Shown in pieces: positions 14,207 to 23,459 of a stretch of DNA of 41,750 nucleotides. Each line of letters begins with the position of its first letter. The first letter of the stretch is position 1. The notes below the pieces were generated by a model. That model was not told the origin of the DNA. It searched no databases and saw only the letters and a program-made list of their open reading frames with translations. The translations under genes and the position numbers were made by a program. Origin of the DNA: an uncultured bacterium (lineage in GTDB: Bacteria > Acidobacteriota > Blastocatellia > Pyrinomonadales > Pyrinomonadaceae); contig CBFGSN010000001.1 of the NCBI GenBank assembly GCA_965651435.1, forward strand, positions 1-41,750, written 5' to 3'.

Positions 14207-14842
14207 TTAGCTTTTCAGCCTTTCATAGCGTTCGGCTATCGCTTTCCAGTTAACGACTTCCCACCAGGCCTTCAGATAATCCGGTCGGCGGTTGTTGTAT
14301 TTCAGGTAATAAGCGTGTTCCCAGACGTCGTTCAGAAAAAGCGGTTCGACGCCTTTGTTGAGCGGCGTGTCCTGGTTCGCCCAGGGAGTTATTTTCAGCG
14401 CGTCTCCTTCGACCGTGACGACCGCCCAGCCCGACCCGAACTGTCCGGCACCGGCTTTATCAAATTTCGCACAAAATTCGCTGAACGAACCGTAATCGCG
14501 TTTGATGACCTCGCCGAGCTGGCCGTCCGGTTCGGTCTGATGTTCCGAGCCCATCGTCTGCCAGAACAGCGAGTGGTTATAATGTCCGCCTCCGTTGTTC
14601 TTGATGCCTGTTCTGGCTGCTTCGGGAAGCGAATCTATCGACGAAAGAAGCTCGCCGAGCGTTTTATCGTGGATCGACGTATGCGGTTCGACCGCCGCGT
14701 TGAGATTATTTACGTATGCCTGATGATGCTTGTCGTGGTGAATGTGCATCGTTTCGGTGTCGATGACCGGTTCCAATGCGTCGTAGTCGTATTCAAGATC
14801 AGTGAGTGTGAATGGGTAGGTTTGAGCAATTGCGTCTGCCAT
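14207..14842 (-). CDS. sodA: Superoxide dismutase, Mn-type signature
   Basis: HHDKHHQAYVNNLN, NNGGGHYNHSLFW, ANQDTPL and DVWEHAYYL. The GGGH.NHS and NQD motifs favour Mn over Fe. I prefer the ATG at 14842 (MADAIAQ), which is preceded by AAGGAG. The track start at 14857 is a TTG inside that SD region. Confidence 0.9.
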   Translation of the reverse strand: MADAIAQTYPFTLTDLEYDYDALEPVIDTETMHIHHDKHHQAYVNNLNAAVEPHTSIHDKTLGELLSSIDSLPEAARTGIKNNGGGHYNHSLFWQTMGSEHQTEPDGQLGEVIKRDYGSFSEFCAKFDKAGAGQFGSGWAVVTVEGDALKITPWANQDTPLNKGVEPLFLNDVWEHAYYLKYNNRRPDYLKAWWEVVNWKAIAERYERLKS

Positions 14843-14955
14843 AAATTTCTCCTTCAATTAAAATGAAATGAACGCTGCCTTCGGCATTGCACCGGGCGCG
14901 AGCGATAATGACCGTAAAACTATATTTCAATGATATCAGATTAGCGTGCCGAATC

Positions 14956-17292
14956 TTAGCGGTGTCTGTCCGACATATGAAAGACCAGCTTTCCGCCCGC
15001 CATTAGATCGGTGTATTTGATGCTTCGGCTGTTCAAAGCACGGCCGTTCAATTCGACCCGGTCAACGTAAACGTTCTCGTCGCTCTGGTCAATCGCCTCG
15101 ATCTCGAGTGTTTTTCCATTCTCGAGTTTTATGACCGCGTGTTTGACCGAAGGGCTGCCCAGAGCATATTCGCCCGACGCAGGCGCAACCGGATAAAACC
15201 CGAGCGCCGTGAAAAGATACCAAGCCGACATCTGGCCGCAGTCATCGTTGCCGCCGAGCCCGTCCGGCGTCGGCCGGTATTGGTTCTTCATTATCATTCG
15301 GACGCGTTCCTGCGTTTTCCACGGGTCGTCGGTCCAGTTGTAAAGATAGGCGACGTGATGCGCCGGTTCGTTCCCGTGAACATAGCCGCCGATTATTCCT
15401 TCGCGGGTGACGTCTTCGGTTTCGGCGAAAAATTCGTCCGGCAGGTGCATTGTGAAAAGCTCGTCGAGGTGTTCCGAGAATTTCTTTTTGCCGCCCATTG
15501 CTTCGATCATCGCGGCCGGGTCTTGCGGCACATACAGGCTGTAATTCCAGGCGTTGCCTTCGATAAAGCCCTGGCCGTGTGTTTTTAACGCGTCAAATTC
15601 CGCCCGAAACTTTCCGTCGCGCATCTTCGGACGCATAAATCCGGCCGAAGCGTCATAAACGTTCCTCCAGTTATCGGCGCGTTTGATGAATTCATCGTAA
15701 ACCGCCGTATTGCCGAGCTTCTTCGCGGCCTGCGCGATCGCCCAATCGTCATATGCATATTCGAGCGTCTTCGAAACCGACGATGAATTGCCCTCTTCGG
15801 GCACGTAGCCGAACTTCATATAATCGCCAATGCCGTCGTAATATTTTGTGCGTGCTGTCTGTGCCATTGCCGCGAGCGCACGTTCGCCGTCGATGCCCCG
15901 GATGTTTCCATTGACGATAGCATCGGCGATGACGGATACGCTGTGGTACCCGATCATGCACCAGTTCTCATTCGCGTAATGCGACCAAACAGGCAGCATT
16001 TTATGAACGCTTTGGTCGTAATGAGCGAGCATCGAATTGACCATATCGCGGTTGCGCTTCGGCTGTACGATATTGAAAAAAGGATGAAGCGCGCGGTATG
16101 TATCCCAGAGTGAGAACGTCGTATAGTTCGTAAAACCTTCGGCTTTGTGGACGTTTTGATCGAGGCCTTTGTAGCGGCCGTCCGTGTCCATGTAGACCGT
16201 TGGCGAAAGATACGCGTGATAAAGCGCTGTGTAAAAATTCACCATCTCGTTCTCGTCGATCATTTGGGCATCGATCTTCCCGAGCTCGCGGTCCCATTCG
16301 GCCTGCCCTTCGCGTTTTACGCGGTCGAAATCCCAATGCGGAATTTCGACTTGCAGATTTTTGACGGCGCCTTCCGTCGATACCGGCGATAAGGAAAATT
16401 TGACTTCGATCTGCTCACCGGCTTTTGCGTCGAAATCGAAATATGCGCGGATCTGCTTCCCGGCGGCTTCGGGAAAGTTGTGTTCCTGATCAAACTTTCG
16501 CCAAAATCCCTGATAATCCTGCTTCGCGAAGTTCTTGAATCCGTAGCTTTTGAATGGTTTTGAAAATTCCATCGCAAAATATACCGTTCGCGTCCGAGCC
16601 CACCCGTTCGTTTGACGGTATCCGACGATCCGGCGGTCGCCTTCGACGCGGACGAACGTCCATACGTTCTTGCCTTCGTAATTGTAGATGCCGTGCATCA
16701 GATCGAGAATAATATGGGCGTCTATCTCGTCAGAACCGCCTGCTCCCCTCCGGCCTGAGGCTGGGGCGGCGTCAGCGGTCGACCTTCCGAATGTATATCG
16801 ATGCATCCCGACGCGGGTCGTTGCCGTGAGTTCGGCGAGAATATTGTCGTCCTTCAATAAAACTTTGTAATACGCCGGTTCTGCGGTTTCATCGTCGTGC
16901 GAGAAGAGCGAGCGAAAGCCGCTTGACGGATCGTCTTTCGTGCCCGGTTCGAGCTGAAGCGGCCCGACGGTCGGCATTATCAAAAAATCGCCCAGGTCGC
17001 TGTGTCCCGTTCCGCTGAAATGCGTGTGTGAAAATCCGACGATAGTATTGTCGTCATACTGGTACCCGGCGCAGTATTTATAGGCATCCGGGTTATATTT
17101 GCCGCCGATGTTGTGCGGCTGTTCGTCCGTATCCGGCGAAAGCTGAACCGACCCGAAAGGAACCGTTGCGCCCGGAAATGTGTGCCCCATTTTCTGCGTG
17201 CCGATAAGCGGGTTTACGTATTTAATGTATTTTTGAGCCATCGAGATCTGAGCCGCGAACAAGGTTATCAAGAAAAGACCGAATATTTTCAT
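14956..17292 (-). CDS. Glycoside hydrolase family 92 (alpha-mannosidase), secreted
   Basis: GHTFPGATVPFGSVQLSPDT, GFSHTHFSGTG and NEPAHHVAYLY are typical GH92 motifs. The start at 17292 (MKIFGLFLITLFAAQISMAQ) gives a signal peptide. The track start is 17328. Confidence 0.85.
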   Translation of the reverse strand: MKIFGLFLITLFAAQISMAQKYIKYVNPLIGTQKMGHTFPGATVPFGSVQLSPDTDEQPHNIGGKYNPDAYKYCAGYQYDDNTIVGFSHTHFSGTGHSDLGDFLIMPTVGPLQLEPGTKDDPSSGFRSLFSHDDETAEPAYYKVLLKDDNILAELTATTRVGMHRYTFGRSTADAAPASGRRGAGGSDEIDAHIILDLMHGIYNYEGKNVWTFVRVEGDRRIVGYRQTNGWARTRTVYFAMEFSKPFKSYGFKNFAKQDYQGFWRKFDQEHNFPEAAGKQIRAYFDFDAKAGEQIEVKFSLSPVSTEGAVKNLQVEIPHWDFDRVKREGQAEWDRELGKIDAQMIDENEMVNFYTALYHAYLSPTVYMDTDGRYKGLDQNVHKAEGFTNYTTFSLWDTYRALHPFFNIVQPKRNRDMVNSMLAHYDQSVHKMLPVWSHYANENWCMIGYHSVSVIADAIVNGNIRGIDGERALAAMAQTARTKYYDGIGDYMKFGYVPEEGNSSSVSKTLEYAYDDWAIAQAAKKLGNTAVYDEFIKRADNWRNVYDASAGFMRPKMRDGKFRAEFDALKTHGQGFIEGNAWNYSLYVPQDPAAMIEAMGGKKKFSEHLDELFTMHLPDEFFAETEDVTREGIIGGYVHGNEPAHHVAYLYNWTDDPWKTQERVRMIMKNQYRPTPDGLGGNDDCGQMSAWYLFTALGFYPVAPASGEYALGSPSVKHAVIKLENGKTLEIEAIDQSDENVYVDRVELNGRALNSRSIKYTDLMAGGKLVFHMSDRHR

Positions 17293-17370
17293 ATGTTTGC
17301 CGGATGAGATAGGATATCGACCTATCATATAATCAAAGTTCGAAAAAGCTGAAACATCTGACCGAATTTT

Positions 17371-18312
17371 GTGAAACGAACCTATGGAAAACCGCTATAT
17401 GTCATCGCCGGGCCGACCGCGTCCGGAAAGACGGAACTTGGCGTCCGGCTCGCGGAACACATCGGCGGCGAGGTAGTAAATTTCGATTCGGTCCAGATAT
17501 ATACAATGCTGCAGGCCGCGACCGCAAAGCCGACCGAAGAAGAACGCCGCGGAATTCCTCACCATTTGATCGATTATATACCGCCGCACATTACATATAC
17601 AGCGGCTGATTGGGCGGCCGATGCGGCCAATGCGATCGCCGAGATCGAAGGCCGCGGAAAGCCCGTGATACTTGTCGGCGGAACCGGCTTTTATCTGCAG
17701 GCGTTGTTCTATCCGCTTTTTGAGGCGCCGAAAACGGATGAAGGCCTGCGGCGCCGGCTTTCGCAAATATACTCCGAAAAAGGTGCGCCGTATCTGCACC
17801 GAATGCTTCAGCGTTTTGACCCGGAACTTGCCGAAAAGCTTTTTCCGAATGATTATGTGCGCACGATCAGAGGGCTTGAATTCTTTTTTCAGAACGGTCG
17901 AAAACTTTCGGAAGCTCAAATAGAACGCGGTTCCGGTTCTGAAGTTGCGAAACGGGCGCGGATCTTTGTGCTGGATCCGCCACGCGAAGAGCTTTATGCA
18001 AAAATAAATGTGCGCACCGAACAGCATTTTGCGGCCGGGCTGGTTGATGAGGTCCGATCGCTGCTTGCGGCAGGAATTCCCGAAACGACTAGTGCCCTCG
18101 GTTCGCACGGCTATCGCCGCGTTTGCGAATATCTTCGCGGCGAACGAAGCCTGGAAAGCGCGATGCAACAAAGCTCACAGGACGTGCGTAATTATGCAAA
18201 GCGGCAAGTGTCGTGGTTCAGACGCGAGAAAGAAGCCGTGCGGCTTTCGGGGTTCGGTTCGGATGATGCAGTGTTTACCGAACTGTTGCTTTATGTCGAC
18301 AAAGTCCCGTAA
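17371..18312 (+). CDS. miaA: tRNA dimethylallyltransferase
   Basis: P-loop VIAGPTASGKT, FDSVQIY, VGGTGFY and conserved synteny with hfq immediately downstream. GTG start. Confidence 0.9.
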   Translation: MKRTYGKPLYVIAGPTASGKTELGVRLAEHIGGEVVNFDSVQIYTMLQAATAKPTEEERRGIPHHLIDYIPPHITYTAADWAADAANAIAEIEGRGKPVILVGGTGFYLQALFYPLFEAPKTDEGLRRRLSQIYSEKGAPYLHRMLQRFDPELAEKLFPNDYVRTIRGLEFFFQNGRKLSEAQIERGSGSEVAKRARIFVLDPPREELYAKINVRTEQHFAAGLVDEVRSLLAAGIPETTSALGSHGYRRVCEYLRGERSLESAMQQSSQDVRNYAKRQVSWFRREKEAVRLSGFGSDDAVFTELLLYVDKVP

Positions 18313-18330
18313 ATATAATGAACACTTAAT

Positions 18331-18358
18331 TTGAATTTTATTCAATAAACGGTATAAA
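18331..18358 (+). promoter_or_regulatory. Putative sigma70-like promoter upstream of hfq
   Basis: TTGAAT (18331..18336), a 16-nt spacer, then TATAAA (18353..18358). Confidence 0.3.
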
Positions 18359-18413
18359 TGTGGTATCATAACTTCTTCCCGGCGATTTTTGACTTTATGG
18401 AACTCGAATATTG

Positions 18414-18632
18414 ATGGAAAAGCCAGCTGCACAAAACATACAGGACGCTTATTTGAACTCCGCGAGACGTGAGCGCGCGGGAGTCGTGATCCATTTATTG
18501 ACCGGTTCCACACTGTCGGGCAGGATAAAAAGTTTTGATAAATTCTCGCTGCTGCTGGATGTCGGCGGCCAGGATGTTTTGATATTCAAACATTCCATTT
18601 CAACCATTTCTCAGGAACGAAAAGCAGGCTGA
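18414..18632 (+). CDS. hfq: RNA chaperone Hfq
   Basis: IQDAYLNSARRERAGVVIHLLTGSTLSGRIKSFDKFSLLLDVGGQDVLIFKHSISTI carries the Sm1/Sm2 motifs. I take the ATG at 18414; 18411 is a TTG. Confidence 0.92.
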   Translation: MEKPAAQNIQDAYLNSARRERAGVVIHLLTGSTLSGRIKSFDKFSLLLDVGGQDVLIFKHSISTISQERKAG

Positions 18633-18639
18633 TCGAAAG

Positions 18640-19266
18640 GTGCGCGGCAAATTCATCACTTTCGAAGGCATTGACGGCAGCGGTAAATCCACGCAACTCA
18701 AATTGCTTGTCGATATGCTTCGGTCGAAGGGCACCGATGTCGTCGCTACTTGCGAACCGGGCGGAACCACGCTGGGCCGCGAACTTCGGCGCGTGTTTTT
18801 GGAAAGCGGCGAACGCGTCGTTCCGCGGGCCGAGCTTTTGCTTTTTGCCGCGGACCGCTCACAGCACGTTGAGCTTTTGATAAAACCATCGCTCGACGCC
18901 GGAAAGGTCGTTATATCGGATAGATACGCGGATGCCACGCTTGCATATCAAGGCGCCGGAAGGGGATTTCCTGAAAAGCTTGTTCGCGAGATAATTGACG
19001 TTGCGACCGAAGGTCTGAAGCCTGATATGACACTCTTTTTCGATCTGCCGGCGGATAAAGCGATCGGACGAATGGACAGGCGTCGCGGAAGCCAGACAAA
19101 CCGCATGGATGCGGAAGGCGCAGCTTTTTACACGCGTGTTCGCGCGGCATATCTGGCGATCGCGGCGGCGGAACCGGAGCGATTCCGCACGATCGATGCG
19201 GACCGTCCGATAGGCGCCATACATGCCGACGTGCGTGCGCACATTGAGGAATTGTTAGGAAATTAA
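18640..19266 (+). CDS. tmk: Thymidylate kinase
   Basis: FITFEGIDGSGKSTQ P-loop, the EPGGT motif and the DRY motif. GTG start. Confidence 0.9.
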   Translation: MRGKFITFEGIDGSGKSTQLKLLVDMLRSKGTDVVATCEPGGTTLGRELRRVFLESGERVVPRAELLLFAADRSQHVELLIKPSLDAGKVVISDRYADATLAYQGAGRGFPEKLVREIIDVATEGLKPDMTLFFDLPADKAIGRMDRRRGSQTNRMDAEGAAFYTRVRAAYLAIAAAEPERFRTIDADRPIGAIHADVRAHIEELLGN

Positions 19267-20292
19267 ATGTTCGAAGGGCTGATCGGAAACGAGCAATTAA
19301 AGGAAAAGCTCACGCGGCTTTTCGATGCCGGGCGCATTCCGCAAGCGCTGCTTTTTGCCGGCCGCGAAGGCATCGGTAAAAAGCAATTCGCAATGCGGAT
19401 CGCCGCCGCTTTCGTTTGCGAAACGCTCAACGGCTGCGGAAAGTGCCGTTCGTGTAAACGCGCGCTCGACACGGAAATACCGAAAGCCGACGACAAAGAC
19501 GCTTTTCTTCGCGTTATTTTCAGCGGGCACCCGGACGTTGGTTCGGTCCTTCCTTACAAACGCAATGTTCTGATCGACGCGATCCGCGACCTGGACAAAG
19601 AAGCCCATTTTCGGCCGTATGAAGCCGCGAAGCGCATTTTCATCATCGACGACGCTCATAAGATGAACCCGAGCGCATCGAACGCGCTTTTAAAAACGCT
19701 TGAGGAACCGCCGGAAACGTCGTGGATATTCCTGATCACATCGCAGCCTGAACGACTTTTATCGACAATAACATCGCGGTGTCAGACGATACGGTTTTCG
19801 GGCGTTACACCTTCTGAGATCGAAGATCTGCTCAAAATTCGCGGTGTTTTGGGCGGAGAAAAAGCGGCACTTGTTTCACGCGTTTGCGGCGGAAATATCG
19901 GCACCGCTTTATCGCTGGACTTAGATGCTTTTCTCGAAATGCGTTCGACGATGATGGATGTTTTGGACGCGGCTCTTGTGAAGCTCTCGCGTGCAAAGAT
20001 GCTTCAGATAGGCGAGATGATGAACGATGCCGCGCACAAAGATTCCTACGAAGCGGCGATCGATGTGCTGGAAATGCTCATTCGTGATATTTGGCTTCTT
20101 GCAAATGGTGCCGGCCGCGAAGATCTTACAAATTTCGATATCGCCGACCGACTCGGTTCTTTAAGTTCGGCAGCACCGGCCAAGCGGTTCGCCGATTGGC
20201 TGACGGAGATCGAGCTTTTGACGCAGCGTCTGTCGGTGAATGCGAACAAAAAGGTCGCGACCGATTCGCTGTTCATGAATATGGCCGCCTGA
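19267..20292 (+). CDS. holB: DNA polymerase III delta-prime subunit
   Basis: GRIPQALLFAGREGIGKK, a CGKCRSC zinc module, NALLKTLEEPP and TITSRCQ. The gene abuts the tmk stop, as in the conserved tmk-holB pair. Confidence 0.87.
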   Translation: MFEGLIGNEQLKEKLTRLFDAGRIPQALLFAGREGIGKKQFAMRIAAAFVCETLNGCGKCRSCKRALDTEIPKADDKDAFLRVIFSGHPDVGSVLPYKRNVLIDAIRDLDKEAHFRPYEAAKRIFIIDDAHKMNPSASNALLKTLEEPPETSWIFLITSQPERLLSTITSRCQTIRFSGVTPSEIEDLLKIRGVLGGEKAALVSRVCGGNIGTALSLDLDAFLEMRSTMMDVLDAALVKLSRAKMLQIGEMMNDAAHKDSYEAAIDVLEMLIRDIWLLANGAGREDLTNFDIADRLGSLSSAAPAKRFADWLTEIELLTQRLSVNANKKVATDSLFMNMAA

Positions 20293-20305
20293 TATAATTA
20301 TTTCA

Positions 20306-20740
20306 ATGGAAGCAACCCTGCCCGAAGTTCTGAAAAAGACGAACGCCGAAAGATGGCTCTCGGCTGCCGGTATTTCGGTAATGATGTTCGGTGCGTGGTT
20401 TCTTTGGTATTTCGACCCGACAAAGACGCACTTTTTGCCTGTATGCCCGATGCTTAGTTTGACCGGCTTTGCGTGTCCGGGCTGCGGTATGACGCGCGGA
20501 ATGCATGCGCTGCTTCACGGCGATGTCGTCACGGCGCTGAATTACAATGCGCTTATTCCGTTTTTCGTGATCTTTGCGGGATATCTTTTTATTTCGATGG
20601 TGCTGGTCGTCGTCCGCGGCCGCGGCATCCCGAAGTGGACGTACACGCCGCAAACGCTGTTCACGGTGCTGGGTATCATGCTTGTTTTCGGATTTGTGAG
20701 GAACCTGCCGTTCTATCCGTTCAATTGGCTCTATCCGTGA
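20306..20740 (+). CDS. DUF2752 family membrane protein
   Basis: The CPMLSLTGFACPGCGMTRG motif followed by three more hydrophobic helices. Confidence 0.7.
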   Translation: MEATLPEVLKKTNAERWLSAAGISVMMFGAWFLWYFDPTKTHFLPVCPMLSLTGFACPGCGMTRGMHALLHGDVVTALNYNALIPFFVIFAGYLFISMVLVVVRGRGIPKWTYTPQTLFTVLGIMLVFGFVRNLPFYPFNWLYP

Positions 20741-20751
20741 TCGGATGAAGC

Positions 20752-20789
20752 CAGTTTTTAGCTGTTAGTTTTTAGTCTTAAGTTTTAGC
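20752..20789. repeat. Longest copy of the dispersed intergenic motif (cagtttttagctgttagtttttagtcttaagttttagc)
   Basis: Internally reiterated (tttttagctgt / tttttagtct / gttttagc). It fills the convergent spacer between the DUF2752 gene and ispG. Confidence 0.7.
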
Positions 20790-21912
20790 CTAATTCCACG
20801 ATCTTTGATTTATCGAAGAGCGGTTTAACGTTGGGGCCTTCTTTACGGAGGAGTTCGACCTCTTTTACGAATTCTTCGACAATGTCTTCGCCGGAAACGC
20901 GCCGCATCGGGACACCGTTCTTAAATATCATGCCGACGTTGCGGCCGAACGTGATGCCGAGCTGCGAATCGTGTGCTTCGCCGGGACCATTGACGGCGCA
21001 GCCCATTATAGAAAGATGCAGAGGTTCTTCGACGTGGGCAAGGCGACGTTCGACCTCGGTGACGATCTCGACGAAATTATCGATATCAAGCCGTCCGCAG
21101 GTCGGACAGGCGACGACGGTCACGCCGCGTTTTCTGAGTTCGAGCGATTTAAGTATCTCCCAGCCGACGCGGACCTCTTCGTGCGGTTCGGCTGCAAGGG
21201 ACACGCGGATCGTATCGCCGATGCCTTCGTGAAGCAGAATGCCGAGGCCGATCGAAGATTTTATCGTTCCGCCAAAAGGTGTTCCGGCTTCGGTTACGCC
21301 GAGGTGCAGCGGATAATCTACCTTTTCTGCCATAAGCCGGTATGCCGCGACCATTCGGTTTACATCCGATGCTTTCAGAGAAATGACGATATCGCCGAAA
21401 CCGAGGTCTTCGAGGATGCGGACATGTCGCATACCGCTTTCCACCATCGCTTCGGGCGTTGCCGAACCGTATTTTTTGAGTAGATCTTTTTCGAGCGAAC
21501 CGCCGTTGACGCCGATACGGATCGGGACCTTTTGAGCTTCGGCGGCGCGAACGACCTCTCGTACGCGGTCGATAGAGCCGATGTTTCCCGGATTGATGCG
21601 AAGTTTATCAATACCAGCGTCCAAGGCTTTTAGGGCGAGTTTGTAGTGAAAATGAATGTCCGCAACGATCGGAACGTCGGTGCGTTTTCGGATCTCATAC
21701 ATCGCGGCGGCGGCGTCGTCATCCGGAACGGCGATGCGGACTATCTCGCATCCGGCTTCGACCATTTCATCGATCTGCTTTAGCGTGCCTTCGACGTCAG
21801 TGGTGTCCGTCTTTGTCATCGATTGGATCGCGACCGGTGCGTCGCCGCCGATCTTCACATTGCGAACCATTACAGATCTTGAAACTCGTCTCATAAAAAT
21901 AGGGCCCAACAA
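20785..21912 (-). CDS. ispG: 4-hydroxy-3-methylbut-2-en-1-yl diphosphate synthase
   Basis: VKIGGDAPVAIQSMTKT, RINPGNIG, VVACPTCGR and IMGCAVNGPGE. The true start may be the internal MRRVSRS at 21894. Confidence 0.92.
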   Translation of the reverse strand: MLGPIFMRRVSRSVMVRNVKIGGDAPVAIQSMTKTDTTDVEGTLKQIDEMVEAGCEIVRIAVPDDDAAAAMYEIRKRTDVPIVADIHFHYKLALKALDAGIDKLRINPGNIGSIDRVREVVRAAEAQKVPIRIGVNGGSLEKDLLKKYGSATPEAMVESGMRHVRILEDLGFGDIVISLKASDVNRMVAAYRLMAEKVDYPLHLGVTEAGTPFGGTIKSSIGLGILLHEGIGDTIRVSLAAEPHEEVRVGWEILKSLELRKRGVTVVACPTCGRLDIDNFVEIVTEVERRLAHVEEPLHLSIMGCAVNGPGEAHDSQLGITFGRNVGMIFKNGVPMRRVSGEDIVEEFVKEVELLRKEGPNVKPLFDKSKIVELG

Positions 21913-21926
21913 AACCCGATGGCTTT

Positions 21927-21981
21927 CGTGTGTTTTGTGTGGTTCATAAAAGGATGAACCACAAAGGTCACAAAACCCACG
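21927..21981. other. 55-nt extended imperfect hairpin between rseP and ispG
   Basis: Inner 9-bp stem gtggttcat (21939..21947) / atgaaccac (21954..21962). Outer stem of 11/12 bp, cgtgtgttttgt (21927..21938) / acaaaacccacg (21970..21981), with a 7-nt bulge. Confidence 0.6.
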
Positions 21982-21992
21982 AAGACCAGAAA

Positions 21993-23357
21993 TTAAAAGA
22001 ACCTTGAAACATCAAGGAAAAGTGTGAATGCCATAAGCACCAGAATGATCCCGAGCCCGGCGATCTGTATCTTTTCCCGAACCGCCATCGAAAGTGTTTT
22101 GCCGAACCATGACATTACTTTTTCGATGCCGAGCACCATTATTTGGCCGCCGTCGAGCAGCGGTATCGGGAGCAGATTGAACACGCCCAGGTTCAGGCTG
22201 ATGATGCCCAAAATACCGACCAAACCGGCGAAACCGGCTTCGCGAACGACGGTCGCTATTATCTGAATAATGCCGACAGGCCCGGCGAGTCCGGCGTCTT
22301 TTACCGAACGTTCACCCGCAAACATCTGGCCGAACACTTTACCCGTGAGTTTCATGATACGCCAGTTGGAATCAACGGCGTAACTTGCCGCGCCGACAAC
22401 GCCCGTCGGAACGTATTTAACGAGACGAGACCCGCCGAATCCGGCGCCGATCTTATAAACGCCGTTGTCATCCGGTTTTGCCGTTATGGCAATATCCAAA
22501 GTTTGGCCGTCGCGTTCGACGGTCAAGCGCATCGGTTCGCCTTTCGTGTCACGAATTTTCGGGGGAAGCTCCTGGCTGTTGCGGACGGTTTCGCCGTTAA
22601 ATGCGGTGACGCGGTCGCCCGGTTTCAATCCGGCAGCTTCGGCCGGACTGCCCGCAAGTATCTGCGACGCTTCGACCGGTTCAACCCCGGCCTCAGGCTG
22701 AAGCCCGATCTCGCCGACGGGATTTCCGTTAAAATCGACCCGTTTGGGCGTCACGGTCGTTGAAATGTGTTCGCCGCCGCGGTCTATCGTGACGGGGAGC
22801 GGCATATCCGGGGAGATCATCGATTCATCCCGAACGTTTTCCCATGTCGGGTCCTGAACGCCGTTAAAGGCAATGATGCGGTCGCCGACTTTGATACCGG
22901 CGGCGTCGGCCGAGCCTCCGGCTTCGACGACGCCGACGATCGGGGCAGGCATCGACGGAAGGCCGTAGAGCATTGCTCCGGCGAAAGGGATTGCCAGTGC
23001 AAGGACGATATTCATGAACGGCCCGCCGAGCATAACCAAAAATTTCTGCCACCGCGGACGGAGTTCGTAAAGTTCCGATTCCGGCACAGCTTCGTCGGAA
23101 GAACCGCCGCCTTCGAGCGGAGCGGTCACGTCATCGCCGTAAAGTTTTACGTATGCTCCGAGTGGTATCGCAGAAATTCGATAATCGGTGTGGCCGCGTT
23201 TGAAGCCCCAAATTCGTGGGCCGAGGCCGAAGAACGAATATGCCTCTACACGCATCCCGAAAAGTTTGGCGACGATAAAATGGCCGAACTCGTGGATATT
23301 GATGGCAATACCGAGAACGAAAATAACGGCTAAAATTACTATGATGATATCCGGCAT
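21993..23357 (-). CDS. rseP: Site-2 (RIP) zinc metalloprotease, M50 family, with PDZ domains
   Basis: The HEFGHF zinc motif in the first TM, two PDZ-like segments (AGIKVGDRIIAFNG and AGLKPGDRVTAFNG) and C-terminal FNLLPIPLLDGG. Confidence 0.88.
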   Translation of the reverse strand: MPDIIIVILAVIFVLGIAINIHEFGHFIVAKLFGMRVEAYSFFGLGPRIWGFKRGHTDYRISAIPLGAYVKLYGDDVTAPLEGGGSSDEAVPESELYELRPRWQKFLVMLGGPFMNIVLALAIPFAGAMLYGLPSMPAPIVGVVEAGGSADAAGIKVGDRIIAFNGVQDPTWENVRDESMISPDMPLPVTIDRGGEHISTTVTPKRVDFNGNPVGEIGLQPEAGVEPVEASQILAGSPAEAAGLKPGDRVTAFNGETVRNSQELPPKIRDTKGEPMRLTVERDGQTLDIAITAKPDDNGVYKIGAGFGGSRLVKYVPTGVVGAASYAVDSNWRIMKLTGKVFGQMFAGERSVKDAGLAGPVGIIQIIATVVREAGFAGLVGILGIISLNLGVFNLLPIPLLDGGQIMVLGIEKVMSWFGKTLSMAVREKIQIAGLGIILVLMAFTLFLDVSRFF

Positions 23358-23459
23358 AAATTACCTATTTCCCCAACAAAACTTATATTTAGAACCGTTC
23401 TTTAGGCAAAAAGTTGTAAATTTAAACTTTAATGCAGCGGTGCGGTAAGGTCAAACGAT

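Noticed and set aside
17395-18171. 258-aa minus-strand ORF covering miaA
   Set aside because: It is an antisense shadow of miaA, whose P-loop and synteny with hfq are clear.
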